Under the pieces are notes generated by a model. It saw nothing but the letters and a program-made list of their open reading frames with translations. It did not search any database and had not been told where the DNA came from. A stretch of DNA of 44,899 nucleotides from Escherichia phage SSL-2009a: the sequence record NC_012223.2; one strand, written 5' to 3'. Shown here piece by piece: positions 1 through 9,270 of the stretch (position 1 is the first letter of the stretch; the number at the start of each line of letters is the position of its first letter). The position numbers and the translations under genes are program-made.

Positions 1-55
1 TATAATCCCCGTTAGATGGCAGGGCCGTCTCCTATGTTGCCGATGGTCGGCGCAT

Positions 56-628
56 ATGAACAAAAGGGCATATATCATGGCAGAAATCAAAGTTAAGGGC
101 CGACGCGCCAAACTGGACGGACGAGTAGCAGTTACCCCGCGCCGTAAACCAGGAGAGCAAACCGAGCATACCAATCTCGGACCTGAAATCGAGTACGGAA
201 AGCGCCGTAAAGGCGGCAAATGTGGACGCCCTACTGACTACCGATCCGTTTACTGCGACCAGCTTCGCCGCTATTTTGCCGACGCCGACGCCTGGCAGAT
301 CAACTACTCCGATAAAGGCGCTGCGCAAGTAATCCCCCGCAACAAAATGCCAACCTTCGGTCGATTTGCCGCGGAAATCGGTGTGGGCGTAGCTTGCCTG
401 TATCGCTGGGCGCGCGCACATGAGGAGTTCGCCGAGGCGATGGCGGATGCTATGGAGTTGCAGAAAACTTTCCTGATGGAAGCTGGGGGCGTGACCATCG
501 CGGCGGGCTTCGCTACATTCCTGCTTAAAGCAAACCACGGCGTCCGCGACGATGTGCCGCTGGATGACGACGAAGATGATAACGGCGACGTCGTTGTGGA
601 ACCTACCGGCAAAGGTCAGGGTGATTAA
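56..628 (+). CDS. terminase small subunit (putative)
   Basis: 190 aa ORF immediately upstream of and overlapping (TAATG) the large terminase; acidic C-terminal tail; alternative start ATG 77 has a better SD (AAGGG). Assignment by position and composition only. Confidence 0.5.
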   Translation: MNKRAYIMAEIKVKGRRAKLDGRVAVTPRRKPGEQTEHTNLGPEIEYGKRRKGGKCGRPTDYRSVYCDQLRRYFADADAWQINYSDKGAAQVIPRNKMPTFGRFAAEIGVGVACLYRWARAHEEFAEAMADAMELQKTFLMEAGGVTIAAGFATFLLKANHGVRDDVPLDDDEDDNGDVVVEPTGKGQGD

Positions 629-2013
629 TGCGTAACTATGCGGCAGAACACCGCGCACTGGAACGCGCGATCGCAAAGCGAAACAGACCGCCGCGCCCGA
701 CACGCGTTGCGCAGGCCGTCCGCCTTTACCAGCCTGATTGCTTGCCGCACCAGGTTGAACTACTGCGGGACACGAAGACTAAAATCCTCGGCCTGTGTTC
801 CGGCTTCGGTGGCGGCAAGTCATGGGTTGCCGCACGTAAGGTCATCCAGCTTCTGACACTTAACCCTGGTTATGACGGCATCGTGACCGAACCGACTATT
901 CCACTCCTGGTTAAAATCATGTATCCGGAACTGGAGAAGGCATTCGACGAGGCTGGCTTCCGGTGGAAGTTCAATAAGCAGGACAAGATCTACAACGTGC
1001 TGGTGAAAGGCAAATGGACTCGCGTTATCTGTGAATCAATGGAGAACTATACCCGCCTGATCGGGGTCAACGCCGCATGGATTGTTGCCGACGAGTTCGA
1101 CACCACGAAACAAGACGTCGCAATGGCGGCATACCACAAATTGCTCGGTCGTCTGCGTGCGGGCTTCGTCCGCCAGTTTGTCATCGTGTCCACGCCGGAA
1201 GGCTACCGGGCGATGTATCAAATTTTCGAGGTGGAGAAGGGTAGCCAGAAGCGCCTGATCCGGGCGAAGACCACGGACAACCACCATTTACCGGCAGACT
1301 TTATCGACACGCTGCGCAGTCAGTACCCGGCTAACCTGATTGATGCGTACCTGAACGGCCTGTTTGTTAACCTTACGTCGGGCGCGGTGTACAAGATGTT
1401 CAACCGCGAGGGGAACGCCAGCACCGAAGAAGTGCATCCGGACGACACGCTGATTATCGGTATGGACTTTAACGTAACGAAAATGGCGGCGGTTGTGTAT
1501 GTCAGACGGCAGCGCATCACCGAGAACAAGGAGTTCCGCGACGAGATCCACGCAGTGGATGAATTTGTGGACCTGTTTGACACCCCGGCTATGATTGAGG
1601 CGATCGAGGAGCGCTACCCGGAACATTGTGCCGCCGGTAGGGTCGTCGTTTACCCGGATAGCAGCGGCAAATCCCGCAAGACGGTCAACGCGTCGTCGTC
1701 CGATATCGCACAACTGGAAGACGCTGGCTTCGAGGTGGAGTATGACAGCGTTAACCCACCTGTGAAAGACAGACTTATCGCGATGAATACGATGATGTGC
1801 AACTCGAAGGGCGTGCGCCAGTATTTTGTCAACCTGGATAAATGCCCTACACTAGCGAAATGTCTGGAACAGCAGGTGTACGACCTGAAGAAAGGCGAAC
1901 CGGATAAAACTGCCGGTGTGGACCACATGAATGACGCGGCAGGCTACCCTATTGCGCACTTGTTCCCTGTGATTCGTCCGATCGCCGTTGTTCCAACCGT
2001 AGACTTCTACTAA
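628..2013 (+). CDS. terminase large subunit
   Basis: 461 aa; P-loop-like GLCSGFGGGKSW, Walker B-like WIVADEFD, C-terminal nuclease-like acidic residues; followed directly by portal. Confidence 0.8.
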   Translation: MRNYAAEHRALERAIAKRNRPPRPTRVAQAVRLYQPDCLPHQVELLRDTKTKILGLCSGFGGGKSWVAARKVIQLLTLNPGYDGIVTEPTIPLLVKIMYPELEKAFDEAGFRWKFNKQDKIYNVLVKGKWTRVICESMENYTRLIGVNAAWIVADEFDTTKQDVAMAAYHKLLGRLRAGFVRQFVIVSTPEGYRAMYQIFEVEKGSQKRLIRAKTTDNHHLPADFIDTLRSQYPANLIDAYLNGLFVNLTSGAVYKMFNREGNASTEEVHPDDTLIIGMDFNVTKMAAVVYVRRQRITENKEFRDEIHAVDEFVDLFDTPAMIEAIEERYPEHCAAGRVVVYPDSSGKSRKTVNASSSDIAQLEDAGFEVEYDSVNPPVKDRLIAMNTMMCNSKGVRQYFVNLDKCPTLAKCLEQQVYDLKKGEPDKTAGVDHMNDAAGYPIAHLFPVIRPIAVVPTVDFY

Positions 2014-2024
2014 GGAAACCGACC

Positions 2025-3545
2025 ATGACCGTTAACGTTGACAACCAGCACCCGCTCTATGCGCGCATCGCGCCAGAGTGGAAAATGATCCGTGACTGCG
2101 TAGCAGGGGAGCGCGCCGTGAAGGCGTGCGGACCATTGTACCTGCCACACCCAGCCAGCGGCGACACCACCGACCCGAAATCGCGTGCGCGCTATAAGGC
2201 ATATAAGCAACGTGCTGTCTTCCTGAACGCCACCGCCCGCACACTGAATGCCCTGTTAGGCGTGGCCTTCGCCAAACCGGTGAGTATGGACCTTTCCGGG
2301 GCAATGGCGGACCTGATTGATGACGTAGACGGCAGCGGGATGCCGCTGGCGCAACTCCTGCGCGGCGCTATGTCGGAAGTGCTGCAATCGGGGCGCGCTG
2401 GCTTTATGGTGGACTACGACCGCCAGGCGCATTTTGATGAACTGGGTAACGTAGTGCCGCAGACAGCCGCTGAGATGGCGTCACACCGCCCGCTCATCCG
2501 CCTGTATACGGCTGAACAGATCATCAACTGGCGGCAGACACACGGCGTCGACACGCTAATCGTGCTGAAGGAGACGGACGAAATCAGCACCGAAGACCCG
2601 GACGACTTCGCAAACCACGAAGTTACAATCTGGACCGAGCTTCGCATGATTAACGGTGCGGCACACGCCCGCCGCTGGTTTTACAACGCGGACACGTCCG
2701 AGGTGCAAATGGACTTGCCGCGGGGATTCACCCGCACCGACCTTGTACCACTGGTGGATGCCGCCGGTAACGCGCTTACGCAACTGCCTTTCTGTTGGTG
2801 TGGCGCGGTGGATAACAATGCGACACCAGATGCCGCACCGCTGGCGGATATCGCGTCCATCAACATTAAGCACTACAACGCCGAAGCTGACGTCGCAGAG
2901 ATTGCGCACATCGTAGGTCAACCTACCCTAGTTGCGACCGGCTTGACCCAATCATGGGCTGATAAAAACCTGAAGGGCGGCATCGCGCTCGGGGCAACTA
3001 AAGGCGTCATCCTGGGTCAGAACATGGACGCTAAACTGCTTCAGGCGGAGGAGCGAAACCTGTCAGTTGCGCTGTGTGAGCGACGCGAATTGCAAATGGC
3101 TAAACTGGGCGCGGCCCTGGTCGAGAAGGGGACCGCACCTAAGACGGCAACTGAAGCGGCCTACGATGCGCAGACTGATAACAGTATCCTGTCACTTATT
3201 GCCGGTAACGTTGAGAAGGCTTTCAACCGTGCGCTGCAAATCGTCAAGCTGTTCACGGGGGACACCGCAGATCAACGTGTAACGCTGAATAAGTTCTACA
3301 CCGAGATCACGGTGGATGCACAGCTTATGACCGCGATGATGGCGGGTGTGCAGACCGGTACGGTCCGTCTGGCGGACTTTATCAAGTGGATGATGGCCCA
3401 GGGCGTTATCGATGACTCGCAAACCGTCGAGCAGGTGGAAGACGAACTGCGAAATCAGAATCCATTGCCTCAAATGTCCCCGGATGCGGTAGAATCTACC
3501 GAAGAAGACCCGGACAAGGTAGCGGACAATGGCGAAGACAATTAA
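2025..3545 (+). CDS. portal protein
   Basis: 506 aa ORF after terL, SD AGGAAA 6 nt before ATG, acidic C-terminus; canonical gene order. Confidence 0.75.
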   Translation: MTVNVDNQHPLYARIAPEWKMIRDCVAGERAVKACGPLYLPHPASGDTTDPKSRARYKAYKQRAVFLNATARTLNALLGVAFAKPVSMDLSGAMADLIDDVDGSGMPLAQLLRGAMSEVLQSGRAGFMVDYDRQAHFDELGNVVPQTAAEMASHRPLIRLYTAEQIINWRQTHGVDTLIVLKETDEISTEDPDDFANHEVTIWTELRMINGAAHARRWFYNADTSEVQMDLPRGFTRTDLVPLVDAAGNALTQLPFCWCGAVDNNATPDAAPLADIASINIKHYNAEADVAEIAHIVGQPTLVATGLTQSWADKNLKGGIALGATKGVILGQNMDAKLLQAEERNLSVALCERRELQMAKLGAALVEKGTAPKTATEAAYDAQTDNSILSLIAGNVEKAFNRALQIVKLFTGDTADQRVTLNKFYTEITVDAQLMTAMMAGVQTGTVRLADFIKWMMAQGVIDDSQTVEQVEDELRNQNPLPQMSPDAVESTEEDPDKVADNGEDN

Positions 3546-4632
3546 TCAATATATGGCGGATCGAATGATTCGCCGTCACATCTTCACCCAGCGCCTGAGC
3601 AATGACCAGGCGCGAAGGGTGCTGTCCATGTGGGAGAAGTTCCGGCCCACATTACTGGGAAAGCTGACCGAGTTGCTTGATGGCAAATCGTCAATGAATA
3701 ACAGGGCACTTTCCACCCTGCTAACGCAAATCGACAAGACCGTTAAATCAGAATTGCGCACCGAGTTTAAGGCGTTGGCTGAAAGCCTTCAGGAGTTCGC
3801 CGACACGGAGGCTGATTATCTCACCGACACATTAACGGCAGCGATCCGGCCGGTGGTCGCCGTACCTGCGATCGAGGTGGTGGGCGTGGTGACAGGTGCG
3901 CAGATCGCAGCGACGGCAATGAAAAACCCGTTTCAGGGCAATACCCTGATGCAATGGCCCGATTCACTTTCAGAATGGACCAGGACGCAGATCGGCAATC
4001 AGGTGCGCGCGGGATTCATCCAGGGTAAGCCGACTATGGAAATTTTAGCGGACGTGAGGCGCGCGCTCGGCGGTCGTAGTGCGCAAGCTATCTCAAGCGT
4101 TGTTAAGTCCGCAGTCAACCACTATGCGGCGACCGCCCGCGAACTAATGGTAAAAGCAAATGACGATATTCTCGAAGGGCGCCAGTGGTTATCTACATTG
4201 GACACGCATACTTCTCCCATGTGCCAGCTACGCGATCGCCTGTTTTATCCAGTTGATGTTACTCCCGACACCAAAGGAAAGCGCGGCGGGAAAGTGGTGG
4301 CTGGATCACAATATGGCGCTGGTCCGGGCAAGCTGCATTATTGCTGCCGGTCTACGGAGACGTGGAAGGTTAAAGGCATGGAAGATTGGCCCAGTGGTAA
4401 GCGTCCGGCACTGAAGGCTGACGCTGGTCGATTGCTGAGTGAGCAGGTCGACGCGCAGACTGATTTCTTCTCATGGGTGCAGCGCCAGCCGCGCCATATC
4501 CTGGAAGAATTATACGGAGTGCAACGCGCCGACCAGATTATGCGCGGCGTGAAAGTGCCGAAGATGTTCACCGATTCAGGCGAACTAATGACTATTGCGC
4601 AGCTTAAAAACCGGGGGTTATGGCGTGATTAA
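3529..4632 (+). CDS. head morphogenesis protein (Mu F-like / SPP1 gp7-like minor head protein)
   Basis: 367 aa ORF overlapping the portal stop; position after portal; size and composition typical of F-like proteins. Confidence 0.6.
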   Translation: MAKTINQYMADRMIRRHIFTQRLSNDQARRVLSMWEKFRPTLLGKLTELLDGKSSMNNRALSTLLTQIDKTVKSELRTEFKALAESLQEFADTEADYLTDTLTAAIRPVVAVPAIEVVGVVTGAQIAATAMKNPFQGNTLMQWPDSLSEWTRTQIGNQVRAGFIQGKPTMEILADVRRALGGRSAQAISSVVKSAVNHYAATARELMVKANDDILEGRQWLSTLDTHTSPMCQLRDRLFYPVDVTPDTKGKRGGKVVAGSQYGAGPGKLHYCCRSTETWKVKGMEDWPSGKRPALKADAGRLLSEQVDAQTDFFSWVQRQPRHILEELYGVQRADQIMRGVKVPKMFTDSGELMTIAQLKNRGLWRD

Positions 4633-4954
4633 GTATGCGGCTATTGGACTGGTTATAGGTCTGGCGGTAGGATTCTGGCTTGGAGACTCCTATCGCGCTG
4701 GCGTAGTGGCTGAGGCGGCGCAAGAAGCGCAAGCCGAAGCCCAACGGCAGCAAACTAAAGTAATTGAGCGCTCCGTGCAGGCAGAACAAGCCCGCGACGT
4801 GGAATACCGGACTATCACAAAAGAGGTTGTAAAATATGTTACGCGCCCTAACCGCCCTGATTGTAGTTTTGACGCTGAGCGCGTGCGGATCAAGCAGCGT
4901 GCCGTTGATGCCGCTAACGGAGTCGGCACTGCGACCGCCGTGCAAGTTCGATAA
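4595..4954 (+). CDS. i-spanin (Rz-like), start uncertain (TTG 4595 or more likely GTG 4625)
   Basis: N-terminal TM segment YAAIGLVIGLAVGFWLG followed by charged coiled-coil-like periplasmic region; GTG 4625 preceded by GGGGG SD; contains the o-spanin ORF in the +1 frame. Confidence 0.6.
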   Translation: MRSLKTGGYGVIKYAAIGLVIGLAVGFWLGDSYRAGVVAEAAQEAQAEAQRQQTKVIERSVQAEQARDVEYRTITKEVVKYVTRPNRPDCSFDAERVRIKQRAVDAANGVGTATAVQVR

Positions 4955-5066
4955 CCCGTCTGCAGACCCCGACGAAGATTTGATGATTGACGTTAAAAAT
5001 ATGGAATGCGGGGCGAAGCTGAGGGCGCAGGTGTTGGAGTTGCAGCAAATAATTAAGGGGCCGTAA
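4836..5066 (+). CDS. o-spanin (Rz1-like outer membrane lipoprotein)
   Basis: 76 aa; signal peptide with lipobox LSAC-G, proline-rich mature part; SD AGAGG 9 nt before ATG 4836; overlaps the 3' part of the i-spanin gene in another frame (overlapped Rz/Rz1 architecture). Confidence 0.6.
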   Translation: MLRALTALIVVLTLSACGSSSVPLMPLTESALRPPCKFDNPSADPDEDLMIDVKNMECGAKLRAQVLELQQIIKGP

Positions 5067-5081
5067 TGGCCCCTTTTCGTT
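5057..5081 (+). terminator. rho-independent terminator (GGGGCC-gtaat-GGCCCC + TTTT)
   Basis: Perfect 6-bp GC stem, 5-nt loop, T-run; sits at the end of the o-spanin gene and at the convergent end of minus-strand gene 5080-5844. Confidence 0.6.
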
Positions 5082-5844
5082 AGCGCGGAATACCGCAAAT
5101 CTCGTTGAGAGTTTTCACATCCAGCGCCACCGCCGTGGATTTTTGCTTGTCCGGGTATGGTATGAATTGCTCAACTTCAGGCCATGCCTTAATCAGCTTC
5201 TTGTCAGTATTGTGTAGGTCCAGCACACCGGTAACGGTGAGTTTGAACGCGTCATACTTCGCACGCAACTCGCGACGTGCCTTGTCGTTGCGGTCCAGGC
5301 GCTTACAGAAGTCATGGTCCGCCGGGTAGTCTACGCGACCGCGTGGGAGATATATCGGCAGCGCTTTCCCTTCCTCGTCCACTTCGCACACTGACGCGAG
5401 CATAACTGTCTCGAACCCCGGAACGATATCGCCGAGATCAGGCGAGAGCTTATTCATATATTTCTCTTCCCAGTATCCGCGATGTACGCGGTATTGGCGA
5501 CCGTCACCGCTCAAGGACAAGGTGCGAACATTGCCGCCTGCGTTGATTTCAAAGGTGGCGTCATAGACGCTGCCGATACCCTTCGGGCGGTCGGAGTTAT
5601 AACTATACGTCGCCTTATTGGTGTATACGCTGACGCCGTACATCTGCGACTGGTCATCGCGGATTAACAGGATATGCTCGCGTAGCGCGGCGAATGTGCG
5701 AATGCCGTCCGGCATACAGTCCAGCGTGATTGCGTACGCCAGATCGCGTGAGTCCATCATGATTTGTTTGGCTTCGGTTGCGATTTCGTGGTCGCGCAGG
5801 ATGTTAGCCAGGATCTGATTTTTAATATCTTTCGTCAGTCTCAT
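5080..5844 (-). CDS. hypothetical protein (antisense accessory gene inside head module)
   Basis: 254 aa ORF, strong SD GAGGA 7 nt before ATG (5844); opposite strand to flanking structural genes; no motif recognised. Confidence 0.6.
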   Translation of the reverse strand: MRLTKDIKNQILANILRDHEIATEAKQIMMDSRDLAYAITLDCMPDGIRTFAALREHILLIRDDQSQMYGVSVYTNKATYSYNSDRPKGIGSVYDATFEINAGGNVRTLSLSGDGRQYRVHRGYWEEKYMNKLSPDLGDIVPGFETVMLASVCEVDEEGKALPIYLPRGRVDYPADHDFCKRLDRNDKARRELRAKYDAFKLTVTGVLDLHNTDKKLIKAWPEVEQFIPYPDKQKSTAVALDVKTLNEICGIPR

Positions 5845-5883
5845 TTTTGTGTCCTCATTATTGGGGCTTTCGCCCCGATTGGT

Positions 5884-6198
5884 TTAGTTAAATTTGATGT
5901 TGCCGCTGGTTGAGGTTAAGCGAGCACATACAGCTTCAACGGCATCGACGCACATGAAATCGTTAAAGGCTTCGACCAGGGCGTTTATGAAAGATGCCGG
6001 AACCAGGCCGCAAGCCGGATTATCGAATGTCGCGGAGTTGATCGCCGCTTTTGCCGCTTCAGAAGCATTCATGCTCTGGCACAGATTCAGCGCTTCCGCG
6101 TTACGCATTGCGTGAAAGGTAAAGGTATTCGCTACAGTAGCTTTATTGAAACGGGCCATTGCGGCGTCTACTGGAGTTGCTACGGTCATGTTAGTCAT
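5884..6198 (-). CDS. hypothetical protein (antisense accessory gene, first gene of two-gene unit)
   Basis: 104 aa from ATG at 6198 with SD AAGGA 7 nt upstream (six-frame ORF extends to 6249); cysteine-containing, alanine-rich; no motif recognised. Confidence 0.5.
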   Translation of the reverse strand: MTNMTVATPVDAAMARFNKATVANTFTFHAMRNAEALNLCQSMNASEAAKAAINSATFDNPACGLVPASFINALVEAFNDFMCVDAVEAVCARLTSTSGNIKFN

Positions 6199-6226
6199 TT
6201 TGTTTTCCTTCATATCTATGTTGGTG

Positions 6227-6250
6227 TGCAACCAATATAGCGCAACCAAT
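6227..6250 (-). promoter_or_regulatory. paired ATTGGTTGC half-sites (minus-strand orientation) upstream of gene 5884-6198
   Basis: tgcaaccaat (6227-6236) and gcaaccaat (6242-6250) on + strand; TATATT between them on the minus strand; member of the recurrent dyad motif family. Confidence 0.45.
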
Positions 6251-6282
6251 TCCAGCAGCGCAAGCGAATTTTGCGATTATTT

Positions 6283-6295
6283 TTATCACTGATAA
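6283..6295. promoter_or_regulatory. 13-bp palindrome TTATCA-C-TGATAA in divergent control region
   Basis: Perfect inverted 6-bp arms seen directly; lies between divergent genes 5884-6198 (-) and scaffold (+). Confidence 0.3.
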
Positions 6296-6352
6296 TATTA
6301 AGGCGTGAAGTCAAGCGGGTGGCCCGCTTTGCCACAATCCCAGGGGGATAGC

Positions 6353-7054
6353 ATGAAACTTACTAAAGCAGAATATGACGCGTTGCCAGAAGGCATGAAG
6401 GCTTTATTTGTTGCCGATGGTGATGGGTATAAATCCACGTTCATGACCGCCGAAGAAGTACAGGCGGAGATCAAGGGTCTGAAAGACAACAACGCGAAGC
6501 TGGTGAGCGAGAAGAAAGCAGAAGCCGAACGTCGCGCCGAAGCCGAGCGCCTTGCGAAAGAGAAAGAGGAAGCCGCCGCGCGCAAAAATGGCGACCTCGA
6601 AGCGATTGATAAATCCTGGAAGGATAAGTTCGCAAAACATGAAGCGGACACATCGGGGAAAATCGAAGCCTACCGCAAGCAGATCCACGACTTAACCATC
6701 GGCAGCGCTGCCAAAGATTTGGCCTCGAAGCTGTTCGGTAAGAATGCCGGCATCATGCAACGCCACGTTATGGACCGCCTCACGCTGGAAGACGGCGAGG
6801 ACGGCAGCTTGAAGGTGCGGGTACTGAAGGACGGCAAACCCTCCGCGCTGACTATGGAAGAACTAGAAAAAGAGTTCCGTAGTAACGCCGATTTTGCATC
6901 CGTCCTGGCTGGCACGCCAGCCGGTGGTGCTCCGAGCAAACCGACGCAGGTCGTCGAAGATGTGAAGTCGAAAATCACTATGGGACACAGCTTCGGTATC
7001 ACTGACTTGACGAAACAGGCCGGGGATATCATTGCTAAAATGGGCGACGAGTAA
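6353..7054 (+). CDS. scaffolding protein (putative)
   Basis: 233 aa from ATG 6353 (SD AGGGGGA); highly charged, predicted coiled coil (AEAERRAEAERLAKEKEEAAARK); immediately upstream of major capsid gene. Confidence 0.55.
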   Translation: MKLTKAEYDALPEGMKALFVADGDGYKSTFMTAEEVQAEIKGLKDNNAKLVSEKKAEAERRAEAERLAKEKEEAAARKNGDLEAIDKSWKDKFAKHEADTSGKIEAYRKQIHDLTIGSAAKDLASKLFGKNAGIMQRHVMDRLTLEDGEDGSLKVRVLKDGKPSALTMEELEKEFRSNADFASVLAGTPAGGAPSKPTQVVEDVKSKITMGHSFGITDLTKQAGDIIAKMGDE

Positions 7055-7060
7055 GCAGGC

Positions 7061-7086
7061 CGCCCGCGAAAGCGGGCGATTTTGCG
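7061..7086 (+). terminator. rho-independent terminator after scaffold gene
   Basis: CGCCCGC-gaaa-GCGGGCG followed by ATTTTG. Confidence 0.55.
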
Positions 7087-7151
7087 AGCGCGTAAATCTA
7101 AGGTAACATTAACGGCACTGGGCGAATGCTCACAACTCAAAGGATTCTAAT

Positions 7152-8252
7152 ATGTCTTTAACAGTGTTCCAGCGTAAACTCGTCACCGCGGTTACGCAAA
7201 TGATTCCCGATAACCTGAACGTGTTCAACGCTGCCGCTAACGGCGCTGTTGTTCTCGGTACGGGTGAAGTGCTTAAGGACGTTGTAGAAAAAATGTCCGT
7301 AGGCTTGATCGCCAACCTCGTTACCGACCGTAACGCCTATGCCCCTGTCGGTACACCGGCAACCGCAAAAGTGCTGGCGCGTATGCTGACCAACTCGGTT
7401 AACCTTTCCGCGAAAGTGGGTCCTGTTGCGATCACGAAGGCCATGATGGCTAAAATCGAAACCAACGTTAACAGCGTTGCGGCTGAGATTGCGGCACAGG
7501 CAACTCAAGCGATTATGCTGCACTATCTGAAAGCTGGTATCGGCGCGGGTAAAGCGGCTATCGAAAGCAACACAGCGGCAAACTACACCCAACCGGCTCG
7601 CGTTGACGGCGTTGGCGGTCGTACATTCCCGACCCTGGCAGACTTCCCGCTGGCGGCTTCTAAGTTCGGCGATCAGGCGTCTTTGATTAAGTCATGGTTT
7701 ATGGACGGCGTTACCTGGGCAAACTTCATCGCTTACCAGGCGCTTCCATCTGCCGAGCAGGTATTCGCGATCGGCGATCTGCAGGTAATGGGCGATGGCC
7801 TGGGCCGCCGTTTCATTATCTCCGATGCCGCTGCCGATGCAATGGGCGCGGGTAAAATGCTGGGTCTGGTCCCTGGCGCGGTTGCAGTTACCACCAACGG
7901 CCTTGATATGCTGGCGCAGGAAAAAGGCGGTAACGAGAACATTGAGCGCTGGTGGCAGGGCGAGTTCGACTTCAACGTGGCTGTTAAAGGCTATCGTCTG
8001 AAGGCGTCCGCTCGTACTCCGATCGAAGGTGTACGCTCGTTCAAACTGGACGATATCACCACTAAGGATAACTGGGAACTGGATCAGGGCCAGGTAGACA
8101 ACGCCCCGGCAACCGTTCAGGATGTTGGCGCTGTTGGTGACGGCGATACTAAAGGCCGTCGTAAGACCCAGGCCGCACAGGCAGTGCCTACCCGTCACAT
8201 CAAGGAAACCGCTGGCGTACTGGTTACGCTGACTGCGACCACAGCGTCCTAA
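7152..8252 (+). CDS. major capsid protein
   Basis: 366 aa ORF after scaffold, strong SD, Ala/Gly/Val-rich composition, followed by strong terminator; position typical for the major capsid gene. Confidence 0.75.
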   Translation: MSLTVFQRKLVTAVTQMIPDNLNVFNAAANGAVVLGTGEVLKDVVEKMSVGLIANLVTDRNAYAPVGTPATAKVLARMLTNSVNLSAKVGPVAITKAMMAKIETNVNSVAAEIAAQATQAIMLHYLKAGIGAGKAAIESNTAANYTQPARVDGVGGRTFPTLADFPLAASKFGDQASLIKSWFMDGVTWANFIAYQALPSAEQVFAIGDLQVMGDGLGRRFIISDAAADAMGAGKMLGLVPGAVAVTTNGLDMLAQEKGGNENIERWWQGEFDFNVAVKGYRLKASARTPIEGVRSFKLDDITTKDNWELDQGQVDNAPATVQDVGAVGDGDTKGRRKTQAAQAVPTRHIKETAGVLVTLTATTAS

Positions 8253-8269
8253 CAGGCGCACATCCCAAA

Positions 8270-8297
8270 GGGGCGGGCTTATGCCCGCCTTTTTTAT
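8270..8297 (+). terminator. rho-independent terminator after capsid gene
   Basis: GGCGGGC-ttat-GCCCGCC followed by TTTTTTAT. Confidence 0.65.
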
Positions 8298-8310
8298 AGG
8301 AGTGAATGAA

Positions 8311-8811
8311 ATGTATGGCGACCCGCAAACATTTGTCGATTATGCCGCGGCGCGAGGCGTTGAAGTCACGCTGGGCGATGCAACGCGACACCTCACCGTC
8401 GTTAATGACTTCCTTAACGGAATAAACTGGATCGGCGAACCAGCAGACCAGACTGGCATCGACGCATGGCCTCGCATCAATTACCCTTCGGATGGTAAGC
8501 CGGTGCGCGACACGCTCACTGAAGTTGTGGCAGTAGTGCCCGCAGGGCAAATCGTAGATTTTGCATCAACCCCCATTGCCGTCGAGCAAGCCGTTTACAG
8601 GTTGGCGATGTTGGTGGCGGACGAGGTCGATATTTCTCCTGTTGGCAGTGGTAAGGAGACTATCCGCGAAACTGTTGGCCCGATCACGATGGAATATGAC
8701 CCTGCGACGATTGGTAGCGGTGTCTCGTTCCCGTGGTGGGATGGCTTGCTGGGCCACTGGATTGACTCAGACGGCAACGCAGCGGGTAATTTTGACGTAT
8801 TCCGGGGGTGA
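8311..8811 (+). CDS. head-tail adaptor / head completion protein (putative)
   Basis: 166 aa from ATG 8311 (SD AGGAG, 8-nt spacer); position directly after capsid gene. Confidence 0.45.
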   Translation: MYGDPQTFVDYAAARGVEVTLGDATRHLTVVNDFLNGINWIGEPADQTGIDAWPRINYPSDGKPVRDTLTEVVAVVPAGQIVDFASTPIAVEQAVYRLAMLVADEVDISPVGSGKETIRETVGPITMEYDPATIGSGVSFPWWDGLLGHWIDSDGNAAGNFDVFRG

Positions 8812-8812
8812 T

Positions 8813-8929
8813 ATGAATCCTGCATTACTGGCGGCTATTTTAGCCGCAAATACTAAACGTCAACCAGAACCTGAACCAGAGCCAGAACCGGAACCACCGG
8901 TACAGGAGGATGATAATGGCGGGCTTTAA
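8813..8929 (+). CDS. small PE-repeat protein (38 aa, speculative)
   Basis: ATG 8813 overlaps previous stop (TGATATG); encodes MNPALLAAILAANTKRQPEPEPEPEPEPPVQEDDNGGL; overlaps start of next gene. Confidence 0.25.
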   Translation: MNPALLAAILAANTKRQPEPEPEPEPEPPVQEDDNGGL

Positions 8930-9269
8930 TTACACGGGCTTAAAGCGGAAAGTCAATCCGCTGATTAAAAAGTTCGGCATGACGGCTACGGTGACGCGAC
9001 CAGGCACCGTAGACCGCGTAGACGGCGACGAAGTGGTCATCCCTCCGACCTCGTTTGACGTCATCGGGCTTCGCGAGGAGTACAAGCCTAGCGAGATCGA
9101 CGGTACGCGTATCGTTGCCGGGGATGTGAAATTTTTGTGCCAGGCCATCAAGCAGGTAAAGGTCGGTGATTTGGTTAGCCTGAACAATACAGACTACCGG
9201 GTTATCAATCCCAACCCCCTGCAACCAGCGGGACAGACCATGCTGTTTCAACTACAGCTAAGGGGCTAA
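8916..9269 (+). CDS. head-tail joining protein (putative)
   Basis: 117 aa; AGGAGG SD at 8904-8909, ATG 8916 (ORF also has ATG at 8910); position in head-tail connector block. Confidence 0.5.
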   Translation: MAGFNYTGLKRKVNPLIKKFGMTATVTRPGTVDRVDGDEVVIPPTSFDVIGLREEYKPSEIDGTRIVAGDVKFLCQAIKQVKVGDLVSLNNTDYRVINPNPLQPAGQTMLFQLQLRG

Positions 9270-9270
9270 C

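Noticed and set aside
8561-8929. 122-aa ORF overlapping the 3' half of gene 8311-8811 in another frame
   Set aside because: Only its last 38 codons (8813-8929) have a plausible start; the upstream part overlaps a better-supported gene.
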